DNA of 64,000 nucleotides, from NCBI RefSeq assembly GCF_009914755.1, contig NC_060938.1. One strand, 5' to 3'. The position numbers and the translations under genes were made by a program. The notes under the pieces are model-generated. The model saw only the letters and a list, made by a program, of their open reading frames with translations, was not told where the DNA came from and ran no database searches. Shown in pieces: positions 40,901 to 55,774 of this stretch (positions within the stretch are counted from its first letter, which is position 1; each line of letters opens with the position of its first letter). This DNA is from the human T2T-CHM13v2.0 reference genome, Homo sapiens.

Positions 40901-43069
40901 TCCCAAAGCCCCTAATTCTTCTTCCTTGCAGTAAAAAATTACACCCTCTAGAAGCGGCTATTTGATTCCTTTCCCTTTTGCAAATTAGTCACCCTGCCCC
41001 CACGGACTGAACAATAACAGTTCTCCATTTTTATGATGTCTTTGAAATCAGCAATTGCTTCACTCCTACCTATGGGTTTGTTTTCATATCTGGACAGGGA
41101 CAGGGAAGTAAACAATTGGCTAGCCCCATTTTATAGATGAAGCAACTAACAGATGAACTGGTTTGCCCTGGGCTGTTTAGGAAGTCAATGCATTCGAGAC
41201 TATCCGACACCACATGCCAACCTCTAGATTCTGCGGCTTTAACAACGACACGGCCCCTGACGCTCCAGCAACAACAAATATTATTGAACCTCTAAGCAGG
41301 ACTCAGGTGCCACTCTGGAAGCACCCTTGTAGGAAATCCTATACAAAAATCTAGGCTTCTCAAAGCAATAAAATTGAAGATGCTTAACACAGCACCTCCG
41401 AAGGAGGCTTCTCCAGGATCCCTTTGGCTACCAATTGCACTGGTATTTCAACATGATCCAGCTGACAGAACCCCCCATTTCCAGGCAAATCTCCCACACA
41501 TTGCTCCTAAAAAAAAAAAGCAAGGAAAGTGCCCTACAGACACATGGCAGGGCTCGGAAGCACACACTGCAGGGCAGCCTACCCTGCCACTCAGGCGCAG
41601 AAAGTGTGCCCTGCAAAGACGCCAGAGCACCCTGGGGGCTACCAGTTCTCCTCGAGGAAGATCCTGAACAAGAGCCTTCCACCACACTGTCCAAGCCTTA
41701 GCCCAAACATACAGGGAGAAATCACGCGTAATTCTGATCACTGTTGAGCCGTCAAAATAAAGAAAAGGAAAATGAAAAGTCAGCCTCTCCCTCAGTGTAC
41801 CAGCCAATACTTCAGCCAACCACAGGTTACCTGTCTTTCAAGCAAAACATGAACAATTACCCCCCCCTCACACACACACACACCCCTAGTCTCCAAAAAT
41901 CCTAAAATGTACATCCCTTTAAATGAACTGCAGAGACCTAGGATGGGGCCCGTCAAACACACACACACATAATTAGCGTTTCATCTTTCTTTCTGTAAAG
42001 GAATCCGGTAACATAAATATTAATCAAACACGAGAATCTGCCAGTTCGTTTTGGACCATTATGAGTGCTGGACTGTGATCTTTACCCGTATTTACAGATA
42101 TTCAAAGGCGGATTCTATCTTGTTAGACCCACTGTTATAAATGGACGTCTGAGAAATCAGCGAGCAAGTTCAGACAGATATGAAAACCTTCCTGTCCAGG
42201 ACTGGCAGTAGCTTTGAGCTCCCAAGTGTTGAATTTGTTACCTTTTCCGGAGGGCTTGCAAAAAATAAATTGACAAATGCCTTCAGATTCCTCTACCAGA
42301 AAAGCTGGCTGCTCAAAGTTCGGGTTAGCTAAATCTGAGATTTTAAAATCAACTCTTACTCAAAACGCCATGACGGTGCCGTTTACACAATACTCGCCTT
42401 GAGAGCCCAGCAAGTGTAACATACTGTTTCATATTATAAGTATATAGGTATACGCATATTTTTAATACTACCTTGACTCTTGTTATAGCAAATCAATTCT
42501 GCCTGGTTTAGATTTATTTCTGAAAAATGGAAAATAGAGATGTGGGTCCAATCCTAGCCTGGAAAAGCTGTCACAGTGAAGGTAAACTTTTAATCGGCTA
42601 CAGGCGAACAGTATACAGTTTTATTTCCAGAGTAACAGCTTTGGGAAAATGTTTGAACATTTTCTTAAGAGCTTTGTGGTGGACAGGCTGGGCGTCCAAC
42701 CACTGCTTTTCTGGGCCTTTAAGGGCCTGTTGAAGTGCTTTAAACAATTGGAGGCCAATTTTTAACACACAAAACTAGAGACTCCTAGCAAGGTGACGAT
42801 TTGCATACAAATTCTTGTTGGAAGAGGTTATCCTAAGAGAAGTCAGGCTGAAAGGAGGACTGACATTAAATCCCTGTAATTCCAGGAGCTTCGGTGTCCC
42901 ACTCCAGTGGAGGGTTCCATTCCCACACAATTGGGAAAACACTTTTGTCCTTGAGAAAAGCGGGCTTACTCTTCTCCCACTCGGAAAGAAACTAAGGTCC
43001 CCACGAAATCCCCACTTTGAGATGGGGCTGTTGCCCCTGGATGATCACATTTTTGTACAAGGGAACTCC

Positions 43070-44700
43070 CGGAGGCTCCTTCCGTCCCGGCCTCACCTGG
43101 ATCCCGGGAACCGCCCGCTCTGTCCCGCCAAGGTGGGCTGAGGAAGACGGCGCCACTCATCAGGGCAATGGCGGCGGGCGGAAGAGGGATCCCCGTGCGC
43201 CCCCAGCACCCGGGACGAATGCCACCCCGGCGAAGCGACCCGACCGGCGCGCAGCGGTTTCGGGGAGGGGACCACTTCCACATTCCCCATGCCCGAGAAG
43301 GTCACCCACCCGGGAGAGCGCCCAAGGGCCAGAGAGGAGGCGACTGGTGGAGGAGGGGCGGCCCCGTGCGCACAAAGGGGCCCGGGGCCGGCAGGCTCCC
43401 CGCCCTTGACCTTGGGTCTCCGCCTCCATCCATCTCCGCCGGCTGCCAGGGAAGGGGGCTGGCCCGGGGCCAGAGGCGTGCTCGCTGGGCTGCTGCTGGG
43501 CTGGGGACCGACGGGGGCGGGGGGGAAAGGAGCCGGGAAAAAAGACTCCAGGGCTGCAGAGTGCTCCGAGGAAGCCTGCATTCCACCACCTTCAGGAGCC
43601 GGTCCCGAGGCGGCTCCGATTCACTGCATGCCCCCCGCCCCCCAAAGCAAAAGTTGCACGGATGCACGAGGGAAACCCCTTCCCAAAGCTAGCCCTTCGA
43701 CTCGCCCACCCCCCGCCTTCCTCGGACCCAGGCCGAGTGGGGGAGGGGAGTGTCAGGGGAGGAAGAAAGGAGCGCGCCTTCCCAGCGAGGCCAGACGCGG
43801 GCTGGGTCAGCTGCGCCTCCGCCCGCCCCTCGCCGCCCGGCTCAGGCAGCTGCTCCATTAAGCCCCCGAATTATGCATGGACCTTGAGCCCTCTCGGCCC
43901 TCCCGCCCCACCAAGGCACAATCAACGTGCGCAGCGGGCGCGGGTCAAAGAGAGAGGGAAGGAGGTGGACGATGGGCGCAAGGCCGTGGGCGAATCAGAG
44001 GCCGGCGGCCAGGCGGGGGCCAGGCGCGCCCGCAGGCCTGGGAACAGTGCCGAGGAGCCTCCCGACCCGGCCAGGGCCAGCCGGGAAAGGGGCACCGCTC
44101 GCAGGGGAGGCCCCCGCGCAGTTCTGAAGTTGCCAAAGTGTCCGCGCCGTGCCGGGTGCGGGGTCCGGGAGATGCAGCCGCCCCCGCGGAGCTCTGCGCC
44201 CCTGGCCTCGGGGAAGGCCATTGTGTTCTCCTGTGTGGCAATGAAGGGGGCTATGGACCCCAACCATTGAGCCCTTGGAGGGAGGGGCCTGAAGTCCCCC
44301 TCGGGCAGGGCGGGGGAGGCTGTCTTGCGGGCGGCGGAGAGGATGGGTATGATTTGCTCGGGATAGGCACCGTCGCGGGGAGGGGAGGAGGCCAAGCTTG
44401 AGGAGGGGCTGCTGGAGATGGAAGGAAGTGAGAGGAGACTTGCAAGTTGCAAACGTCGGGGAAACCGGAAAATTGCAGTAGCGGGGAGGCAGGTGGCGCC
44501 CAGAGGTTCGAAAGCAGAATTGGGAGGACTTCGATGTCCACCTCGCAGACAGTGACCCAGGCCCCAGAGGGCTCCGCAGCCTGGAGCCTCGCGTCCCGCC
44601 TCCCCGCAACACGCTGTTTTCAGCGTTCCAGACCACAGCGCTGCAGTCTACGCTGCCCTGACGCTGGAGTGTGGACCTTGTTTTGCTCCTCGGGGCCCGT
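43070..44700. promoter_or_regulatory. Intragenic CpG island in intron 2
   Basis: About 1.6 kb of very GC-rich sequence with dense CpG (cgcg, ccgg, gcgcgcc) and GC-box-like ggggcgg/ccgccc, contrasting sharply with CpG-poor flanks. Confidence 0.9.
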
Positions 44701-46011
44701 CTGTTTCTGGAAATGACTTCTTTCTCTCTTTCCCCTTCTCCCCAAAGCAAAGGCCAGGTCAGGAAAATTATATACTTCGTTTTCCCAACAAATAAAGTCG
44801 CCTAGTTTGCAGGGAAAGTTTTACAAGCCAATGATGCAGAGAGAAGACCACACTGTTTAGCTTTCTTAATTGGCTGGCTTTGAACTTGAGGTGGGAGGAG
44901 AAAAGAACCCGCTCCAGCCCCAGGAAAACTTAGTTTTGCTGGGTTTACCAACTCCAACAGTTTTTAGCCAGCTGCTGAAGGTGGCAGGGAGTCACTGAAG
45001 GTTTGTCCCATTTTCTCCCGAACAGAGAAGAATTCAGACAGTTGTTGTCTCTCTGAGCCCAGGACAGCCAGTCTCTGCCCTCAAACCCCAAGGGAGGAGC
45101 CTGGAATCCCTGGTTGGCTGGCTACACTCTCCAGGAGGTGTGCTCTACCCTGAAAAAGGCTTTGAAATAAAGCCACCTTCTCCACTCCTTTCCAGGATGC
45201 CTTTGGCACCTGCAGTCATCAGGAGGTAGACGCGTGTTTTCTGGACACTCTTGTGGATTGGACGGATGGCTTCATCTGTGCCATATCACTAGAGGCACAG
45301 CCTAGGCACTGGGGCTACCAGCTCCTAGGGCTCTGTGCCTCTGGATTCATCTTCAGCAGACGCTGACCCACGCACCTGTTTGCCTGCACCTTTGAGGTTG
45401 TGTCCACACCCGCAACCTGAAGGCCATGGAAGCTGCCCAGGCACTCAGCCCCCAGGGCAGGGGATGGGGGGAAAACAGCCCTGATCAAACATTGCCTTGG
45501 CTTAGAGACAGAGCAGGCGGTCCTGGGCTGGGGGGCTCACCCTGCCCTTGGCTGCTGCCTTTTCTCCACACCAGGAGTGGGGGAGTCTGACTTTTCACCT
45601 CCAACAAAAAGGCTATTTTGTTACTATTTTTCCGCCCAGAGGAGGCTGTGGTCCCAGTTTCCCAGCTGTCTGAGCAGCGAGGGGCAGATGCTTTCCCAGA
45701 CCTGTGGCTGATCAAGGGCTCCCTCCTCCCTCCCTCCCTGCTCTCCTCTCCCAACCCTCAGCACAGACTCCTCCTTTCTGAGACACCCCAGGGCCCTCCA
45801 GACCAAAACCAGCGGACCAGCAAGAAGGCGTCAAGAAAACTCAAAAACAAAATAAAATGAAGCCTCGGGTGCCTTGCCTTCTCCAGCAAGGCCTCTTCTT
45901 CCCTGGGTCCAACTCGAGGCTTGCAAGTCCTGATCACACCCTCCCCTGAGGAGGCTCCCACTCCCTGTGTGCCCAGAGGTCACTGGCCGCCCCCAGCAGG
46001 CTCTGGGCCAG

Positions 46012-46165
46012 GGTGGGTCCAGATCTTGCAGGGCCCGAGGTTTATACAATTCAGGGTACACTCATCACAAAGAAAAGAATGCCAAACCACACAGGGACAT
46101 TAGGGACAGGGCCTGGTCACACAAGGGGCTCTGAGCTTCAACTGTTTACCTCACGGTGAGTGGAC
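46012..46165 (+). mobile_element. MER53-like hAT DNA transposon fragment
   Basis: gggcccgaggtttatacaattcaggg...aagaaaagaat...aggggctctgagcttc resembles the MER53 consensus as recalled. Confidence 0.5.
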
Positions 46166-46851
46166 CAAATTCTCCCATAAGGATCTTCACAGCCTGGGGC
46201 AGAAAGACCTAAGCTTTCAATCTAACAGTTTTCATTTTCACCACCAGTTTCTTCAGAGAAAACTGACTCCTAAGCCTCATTAATGTGAAAAATGAGGAAA
46301 GTTGGGGGAACTACTGGGTGGGAAAGGAATTGAGGTGGGAAATGCACGACCTTCTGCCTGGCTCTTGCAGCTGTTAGAAACCACTGGTGGCTCCATCTCA
46401 CATTTCAGCCCAGCAGGCTCAGCCCCAGAGACGGGGAAGATCTGTCTGCTCAAGGTCACACAGCATGCCAGCCACAGTAGGATGCCATCCTAGGTCTCGA
46501 GCCAGAGTCCACTGTGCCTGCCTCTCCCCACTCTGGACTCAACAGGGCCACTTGCCTGTAACTCATGACGAGGTGGGGGCCAGCTCCTCCCAAAATGCAG
46601 TCAACATGAAACCACAGATGTGTGCAGGACAGGTGGGTGCCTACTGTCTTGGTTCTTTCACCCCACTCTGGAACCCAAGTCCCATCACCAAGATTCGACC
46701 TCAGAGTGGAAATCACTCATTGCCCAGCCAGGAGCAGAAAGGGCCTGCACCAGCCACAGTTCAAGAACACAGGATCCCACGAGGCCTGGGCTCCTGGGAC
46801 ATGACACAGTGAAGACCCAGGGCCTCCCTGGGAAGTCAGGAGCCTGTCCTC

Positions 46852-47016
46852 TTTTTTTATTTTAATTTTAATTTTAAGTTCTGGGGTACATGTGCAGGGT
46901 GTGCAGGTTTGTTACATGGGTAAACGTGTGCCATGGTGGTTTGCTGCACCTACCAACCCATCGCCTAGGTATTAAGCCCAGCATGCATTAGCTATTTTTC
47001 CTAATGCTCTCCCTCC
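46852..47016 (-). mobile_element. 5'-truncated L1PA insertion (~165 bp) with target-site duplication
   Basis: T-rich tail plus ttctggggtacatgtgcag...ggtttgttacat...gcatgcattagctattt, flanked by caggagcctgtcctc (46837) and caggagcctggtctc (47017). Confidence 0.9.
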
Positions 47017-47199
47017 CAGGAGCCTGGTCTCTAGGCGCAACTGAGCTGGTGACTCACCGGACAACTGTGCAAGGTACCTCTCTATGACTCAGTTGCCTCA
47101 TCTGCAAAATGAAAGGAATACCTGATTTACCACCCTCGTGGGGCAGAGAGGTGGAGGGAATGTAGGCACAGTTATGACCACAGTGAAGAACATAACTGC

Positions 47200-47395
47200 C
47201 GGAGTTGACACCCTGGGACCCTACTCACCGCTGTGTGACCTTGGGTAAATAACTTAACATCTCTGGGCTTCAGTTTCCTCTTCTATAAAGTGGGGCTGAT
47301 ATTAGCATATCATAAGGTCATAGGGAGGATTACACCAGTTAGTATCTGCAGAGTCTTTAGAATAGTGTCTGGCACACAGTAAGATCTAGTAAGTA
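47200..47395 (+). mobile_element. MIR
   Basis: ctgtgtgaccttgggtaaataacttaacatctctgggcttcagtttcctcttctataaagtggg...tggcacacagtaag. Confidence 0.8.
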
Positions 47396-47413
47396 TGAGT
47401 TAAATTTAACATC

Positions 47414-48010
<597 letters not shown>

Positions 48011-49484
48011 ATTTTACATGAAATTAGGAAAAACTCCATCTCTTTGTTTCCTCAGTGAAAAGATGACCCCAAAGGCACAGGGTGACAGCCAGTCAGCCTT
48101 ATTTCTATAGATTATCAGCAGAGCCCACTCCTAACAGATCCTAGACCTGGTGGTTAATTCATTAGCCAAGCATGCAAATGAGCAACAACCACTCAAAAAA
48201 GCTGTCAAATGCCTGATTAAAAAAACTTTAGTCAATACTAACTATTTACTGTCAAATAGACAAACTAAGAATAATAATATTAACTCAGGCTGAATGTTGG
48301 TTAAGTTCACCCCTTGGGAGCCCAGCTGCCTTTCTCTCTTTTTCTTACCTTATCTCTCTCTCCTGTTTCCTGAATTACTGCTGGAAGTATGGAACTACGT
48401 ACATAAAACAATAAATAAGGCCTCAAACCTTAAGAGAAAAAAAAAAACACCCATTTATGTGACCAGTATTGTCTCTCTTTTTTTTAATCCAATAAAACTT
48501 TCAACTACAATCGGTGCTGATGTCACCATGTTAGCGGCACACACTCTTGACTCTGGTTTGCACAGTTCACATGGCAGGTGGGTCCACCGCCTCCCTGGAA
48601 GGCCAGTGGGACAGGAAGGGCTCACCCCCTTTCTCAGCTGAGGAAACTGGGACTCCACCAGGGGAGATGGCCTCAAGCTACAGGGGTGGGCACCCTGGGA
48701 TGGCAAAAAGTCACCTGTCCTGACTCGAGATAATTGGGGTCTGGACTCAGCTCTGCCAGTAACTAGTTATGTAAGTTCAGACAAGTCACTGAGCAGGTGA
48801 GAAGGGAAGAGTTGGCAGCAAGGTCCTTCCAGGAGGCTAGGAAGCCAGACCCTTCCTCTGGATCCCACCGGCAGGATCTCCATTATCAACAACAGCTAAA
48901 ACCCACAGGAACCTGTTCTATGTATACCTTGTCTGAATCAAACCTTATAACAAGCCCAAAACACAAGGAACATTATCTCCAGTTATAGGTACCGAGACCT
49001 GGGGAGGCAAACAGTTGGCTGACAGTCACATAGCAAGACCCTGGCAAAACCACAATTCCACAAAATAAAACAAATAATTTGTATTTATGGGGGAAAAGTC
49101 TATGCAACAGTGAATATAAAATAAAAGAAATAATCATATATATGGGAAAAAATCTAAAATTCTGGCCCAGGTGCACCTGAATTTACACTGTACTTCATTC
49201 TTTGTCACCACCCATCTCTCCAATGCCCTCATTAGGAAGTACAGGACAGTATATACAAAAGCCACAGACTGAAGGCCATGGTCCCTGGGGGTCTGAGGAC
49301 TTCTGGCTGTATCCACAGGGTCATATCTGGGATGGGCCTCAAAGACCATTTTGGATGGGGTCAGAGGTGGTGCCCGCCATCAAGGCCCCACCAGCCAGAC
49401 AGACAGAGTTAGAATACCCATCCCCAAAATCCTCCACACCCCTTGCTATCCAAGGAAACTAGGCCTGACTGAGTCTGACTCTGC

Positions 49485-49625
49485 TTTGCTGTGTGACCTT
49501 CAGCAACTCCCTTAACCTCTCTGAGCCCCAGTTCAAAGTAGGGTTAGAAATATATATTTCAAGGTTGAAGAATTAAGTGAGATAACCCAAGAAAAGCATC
49601 TAGCACAATGAGGAATACCAGGTAG
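49485..49625 (+). mobile_element. MIR fragment
   Basis: gctgtgtgaccttcagcaactcccttaacctctctgagccccagtt...aattaagtgagataac. Confidence 0.7.
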
Positions 49626-52600
49626 CGCCCCTCTTCCCCACCACCCACCAGCCCAGCCCAAACTCTGCCCTGTTCAGCCATCCCAACACCCAAACCCCAG
49701 CCTGAGCCCAGGGCCATGTCCCTCAGACAGAACACTGCACTATTCCTCGGTGCAGACAGAACTAATAATTAGCTGTCATGATTTAATAATAAAAAAAGAT
49801 AATCCATGCCACAACACACATGGATTTAACGCATCTTAATTTGAAGGGAAAATAACAACTCTAAATAGATCAAGTGCAAGTTTTTTAAGGCAACCTGCGA
49901 GTGGGGTTTATCTCCAGTTTCCAGCACAAGCAAGTTATTTAGTTTCTCTCACTAGCCAAGCTAATATTTTTTTTCACGTTTATTTTATTTATTTTTAAAA
50001 GTCTGGAGAGAACATTCCCAAAGCAGCACGTAAATCCCTGGGCTCGTCAGAAGTCCTTTTCTCTCACACATTTTGCTTAGCAATGGGTCACTGGGGCCCC
50101 AAACCAAACCCTTATCTGTGCCCCACCTGCTAAGAGAATCTCCCAGGTAGATCCCACGTCCTCCCTAGGTTGTGGATGAAGACATATCAAGTGGGCAGGG
50201 ACATCGCAGCCAGGGCTGCCTGCCACCTCCAAGCCCAGAGGGATCTGCCACCTCCTGTCACCTGCTGCCTGTCTCCGCACTTCTCCAGAAAACTGACATT
50301 CAGGACTTGGAGGGTTACGGAGGCAGGCCTATGAGTGACAGCTGATAGTTAATTCCTCCCTCTGTAGCTTCATTTGGTTATGGAAGGGCTGAAAACAGGC
50401 AAAACCAAATTCCTGGTGATCAAGCGCCTCCCCTTCAGTGACTATCAAGTGGGAATTATATGGAGGAACCTGTAGGAAATCACCGTGAGAGAGATCCCAG
50501 GTAAGTGATCATGGTTTTGACCAAGAAAAACACGTACTCGGCATGCTGCCAAGCAGGGTCCACACTTTCCTGTGTTTGGCTTTCTAGAAGCATCCACTTC
50601 TTGATCATCTGCCTCAGGCCCAACCGGTGCCAGGTGGGTGCTTCCTCATTTCATCCTCAGCATAACCCAAAAAGGAGGTGCAGACGAGGAAACGGAGGCC
50701 AAGAAAAGTGAAGTGACTCACACAGGTGGCCAGCAGTGAGTGATGGGGCTGGGATTCCACCCGGGAGATGCCAAAGCCTGTGCTCCCTCACCTGAAACCC
50801 CCCGCCGGCTCCTCAGAGTGCACCGCCAGCAAAGAGATCCTCAAGGGACAGTCACCTAACAAAAGGCAGAATGGACGGGAGAGAGTCTACTCCATGCTGA
50901 CACTGCCTGTGATGGTGGATTTAGTCCCACAACCCAGTGGCGGTTTGTCCCAACCCTGACGGGAGCCCATTGCCAAGAAGACCGGTGCAAGCTGCTCTAA
51001 CGCCTGAAAATGCGGCGGAGGAGGGAAAGCCGAGCGCCAGGAAAAGCTCCTATTTGCAGCACACCTACCCCCACCGTGTGCCAGGCACTCATCATAAATG
51101 TCACAATGACAGATGAGGAAACCGCGGCTCAGAAGGTCAAGTGGCTGCCGGAGGCTGGCAGGGAGCAGGGTGGGGCTCTGACTCGGGCTGTGTTCTTTCC
51201 CACACAGCAACAGACAGCCTTCAAACCCCAAACACCCTGAAAGCCCCTTTCTCCTCACCCCTCCTCAAAACACCCCTCCCAGATAACGGCTTGGCAGCGC
51301 CACGTGCTCTTTGCAAAACCTGGAACACCTCTCAGCTCCCCCAAAGGATGGGTCCTGTGCTCCCCTGAACTCCCACAGAGGCAGGGAGAATGCCACAGGC
51401 AGGAACCTTAAGAAACATAAAGAATGTAAACCTATAGGCAGCGATGTATCAGAGGCACCATAGCTGCCCTGAGTCAGACCACCAGCTAAAGACCCTGCCT
51501 CTGACCAGCTTCGCCCCATCCCCAGAGAGGCCTGAAACAAATTTCCAAGGACCTCCTCCGTCCACAGCGAATGCTCAGCAGGGAGTGGAGCCCTGGATCC
51601 AGAATGCACACGTCAAGAGCAGGGCTGCTGCCAGCTCACACTCTGCCCATTATCCCCATGTTGGACGCCCGCTCCCTCCTCTGGGGGCTGTTTACCTGGG
51701 GATCCAGGTGGGGACACCCAGGGCGGAGGATGGGCCCCAGGTGCTCAGTTGCTGAATGAATGAATGAATGCCCTCCAGAAAACAAAGCTTCAGAAACTTC
51801 CTCCCTCTACCTTCCTACTTCTCTATCATTTACCAAAAATAAAAAATAACAGTAATTACTCTCCAGAATGACTATCCCGAGGAAACAGCTGATATGGGGT
51901 CCCCGACCTAGTGTGATGACTGACAGAATCCCCCTGCAGTTCTCACCCTGGGATCTCCCTTAAGGGTGGGAGGAACCCCCTTCGGGTCTGCCTCTGGAGT
52001 CCCCACTTCTAGAAGCACCTGGTAGCAAGGAAGAGCGGGGACCTGCCTGGGTATCAGGAAGGTTGCTGGCCCTGGAAAAGGCAGGACCCTCACAGCCACC
52101 AGGACCCTCGAGGTCACCTCACCCTGGACTCCTCTGAGCCTGGACAGCCAAAGCCAGAGGCAGAGTCCAAGAATTAACAGCCACCCGCTCACCAGCTACT
52201 GGCCGGGGCCAGCGAGGCCCTGGGGACAATAGCAGGTCATGGAGGGATTGGAGGACTCCTTGGAGCCCCGGCCAGGAGGCAGAAGCCTGGAGGGACAGCC
52301 GGCCCGGGGGCCAGGAGCGTGGGCAGCAGCTGGACGGGTTTCCGGAAGCCTGGGCGGAGAAGTGCCCGTGATTCCTAGTCCCCCTCTTAAAATATAAAGA
52401 CTCAATTATCTCTGAGCAGCTTGCTTTACACATGAATTGACACATTTATTTTACAATAAATAACTGAAAGTTATCTGTGTTTCCTTTACTGTTAATCTAC
52501 ACAGAGAAATAATAAACAGGGCTTGTCTACAAAAATGCAACTACTGCAGTCCTCGGAATTCAATTAAGCTAAAATAATTAATGCTCCCACCATATTAAAT

Positions 52601-53924
52601 TACTTTATACATTTGAGCCACTGAAGTTTTCTTCTTTAATCTTTCCTTTTTATTAAATAAAAAAAGAAAAGTTGCTGCCCAAGTAGGCAGGGAAATAGGA
52701 GGAATGGGAACTAGAAGGCAGGCGCATGTGTGCTGTTAAAATGGGATGGTCGTCTTCAGCTGACACAGCATGTAGACTGTTTTGTGCCTTTGATTAAAAT
52801 AACATTTTAAATGCTTTGAACAAACATATCTCTTTAGACTTCTAAGGGATTATTTTACATATTTCTTCTAGAATGAAGAAATCCATTCGTCCTGTTGCTG
52901 AACAGAAAGGCCAAGAATATCTTTCGTCACACATAAAATAAAGATACTGTAGGCTGCTGCAGTATCACAACCTGGAAAAAAAAAAAAAAAAAAAAAAAAA
53001 ACAAAACAGGGGGGCCAGGGGGTGGAAGGATGAGGACAAAGCTGCCTTGGAGATTAGCTTTGCCTTTTATGAAATCACATTTAGTCACTTTCTTAAACAA
53101 ACCTGCCACAGTGATCTGCAGCCTCTCATTGGGAAATGCCTTCAATGTGAAATGAGGATTTGGATGTTTTTGGCAAAAGCAGCAAATCTTTCCATGGAAA
53201 CATAAATAGGCGGCCCGAGTCTCCCTAGCAAGGCCACCCCTGAAAGATCGATGTGCACTGAGGCCAGGCGTCGATACTACAGGTAAAACTGTCCCTGGAA
53301 TGTGGACCAACAAAGACAAAAGGGACCCAGCACCTCTCTCGCCTGATGGCTCAGCCCGGTGAAGAGACGCTGCTCAGGTGCACATAGCACTCTGAGAAGC
53401 CAGTGTTTACATGCCGGTGGCCTGGACATGTCTCAAAGCCCCTTGCATCTTGGAAAGTGTATGAGACACTTCATGCTAGGGCACCCATCAGAAGGCAAGG
53501 CCCAGAGGCCAATCTGGTTCACTGATGTCTCCCCAGTGCCTGGCATGAGGCTGCAGGACTCTGCATACCACCACAGTCTCCCCACAAAAGAGAGGGCTCA
53601 CTAAGCCCCTTGTGCAGGTGAGCAAAGTGAGGCTCAGCGTCACAAAGCTTTGGAGACGTGGGGGAGACAGGCTTGCAGCATTACCCTGACTGCGTCCTGG
53701 GTGATGGGTCTTGATCAGTGCCCATGCCCATCCATCTCACCCTCCTAGAAGCATCGAAAGCCTGAGTCCCTCCAGAGCCCATGCTACCTTCCATGATGGA
53801 AGCATGGTAACGATCAATGCACTCGTTTCCCCAGCCAGCCACCTACTTGCACACCGCAGAGCCAGACGAGACCTCTGAGAGAGAAGTGCCACGGGCAAAA
53901 GACTGATTAAGAGCCCCTGCTCAT

Positions 53925-54700
53925 CTAATCCTCACACCAGGCCTGCTGCTATTATCACTTTCTGTTGACAGATGGGGAAACTGAGGCTCGGACCCATGAA
54001 GTGGCTAATCCAAAGTCAACCATCAGGATTTGAACACTCGTCTGCATAAACTCTGATGCCCATCTTGCTCCAGCACAGGCTGCTGCTTTTTAGGGAACCC
54101 AGGCTGGCCAGGCCCTCCTTTCTCCCCCAGGCCTCCTGGGCTCAGAAGTATAAACCAGAAACAAACACTCTGGTTTGCACAGAGAGCAGCGGCTCCCTGG
54201 AAGAGGCTCCAGCATGCCATGGTGCTGGCCAAGAGGGAGGGACTTCATGCTAACTCACTGTGGTGAGCAGACCCACGCCTGGGGACAGAGGGGCCCTAGA
54301 CCTGTTCTCAAGGTGGTAAAACCAGCTGTCCCAGTGGTCAAATGAGTGAGCATGTCAAAGGGCATATCCAACCTCCCCCAACGGGCACAGTGCTCCAACA
54401 AGTTCCCACACCCCTGCCTGGGACCGGCCCCTGGGGTCGGGCAATGTCAGAAGCAACCTCTGAGATCAGGGGGCCTAACTCCTCATTTCACACATGGGAA
54501 ACTGAGTCCAGAGAGAAAGGAGAGGGGAGAGAATGAGCACTCCCATTCCTAAGTGCCTACCAGGTCATGCCGCATGCAACAGCTCATTCGTCCTCACAGC
54601 AACCCTAATGAGGTGGGTTTCCTTAGCTCCATTTCACAGATGGGCAAACTAACATGTCCAAGTTGTGAAGACAAACTCTAACCCAAAACTGTCTAGCTTC
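53925..54700 (-). mobile_element. MIR fragments (about 53925-54045 and 54535-54700)
   Basis: gacagatggggaaactgaggctc...ggatttgaacac and cctcacagcaaccctaatgagg...ccatttcacagatgggcaaact. Confidence 0.65.
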
Positions 54701-54901
54701 AAAATCAGGGACTAAGCCAAGATCAGTAGCAAAGAGAGGGCCAACCAGACTTCCAAATTTTCATTCTGTGCTTCTGACCACCTCTGGATTAGCCCCCGAG
54801 ACAGAGTCCCCTCACCAAAAGCAAGCAGCCATCAGCCATTTGGGCCTCCCCGAGCCCCAGGCCTGTCTCCTCCTGAAGGTCACCTGGATGGTGGACCCTC
54901 A

Positions 54902-55459
<558 letters not shown>

Positions 55460-55774
55460 TTAGGCGGTCACAGCACCCAACTTCCGGTCCACCCCTTCCC
55501 CGCCAAGAAGCAGCCCCCTCTGCTGCTGGCTGCCAGAGCTCACCAGGTCCTCCCCGGGGTTGGGGGCTGGTGAGCATCCCCCACAGGACAGATGGGCACA
55601 CTGAGGCTCTAGGAGCAACGTCGTGCCCCCTGGGCATTGCCACGTAAGTAGTGCCGATCTTACTGCATTCTAGTTTATTTTCTGCCAGTTTCTCCCCAAC
55701 GTAGTATAAGAACACACACGGACACACGTGCATACACACACACCCTGGCTGCTGACAGCATGAGGTCGTGATGT

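Noticed and set aside
44474-44500. Possible CTCF site (gcaggtggcgcc), and a similar one near 33312
   Set aside because: Lacks the 5' CC of the core and the upstream TGCAG spacing does not fit, so it cannot be supported without ChIP data.
43017-44750. Many overlapping 100-250 aa Pro/Gly/Arg/Ala ORFs
   Set aside because: Expected in a GC-rich CpG island with few stop codons. All frames are open and no domain is recognisable.
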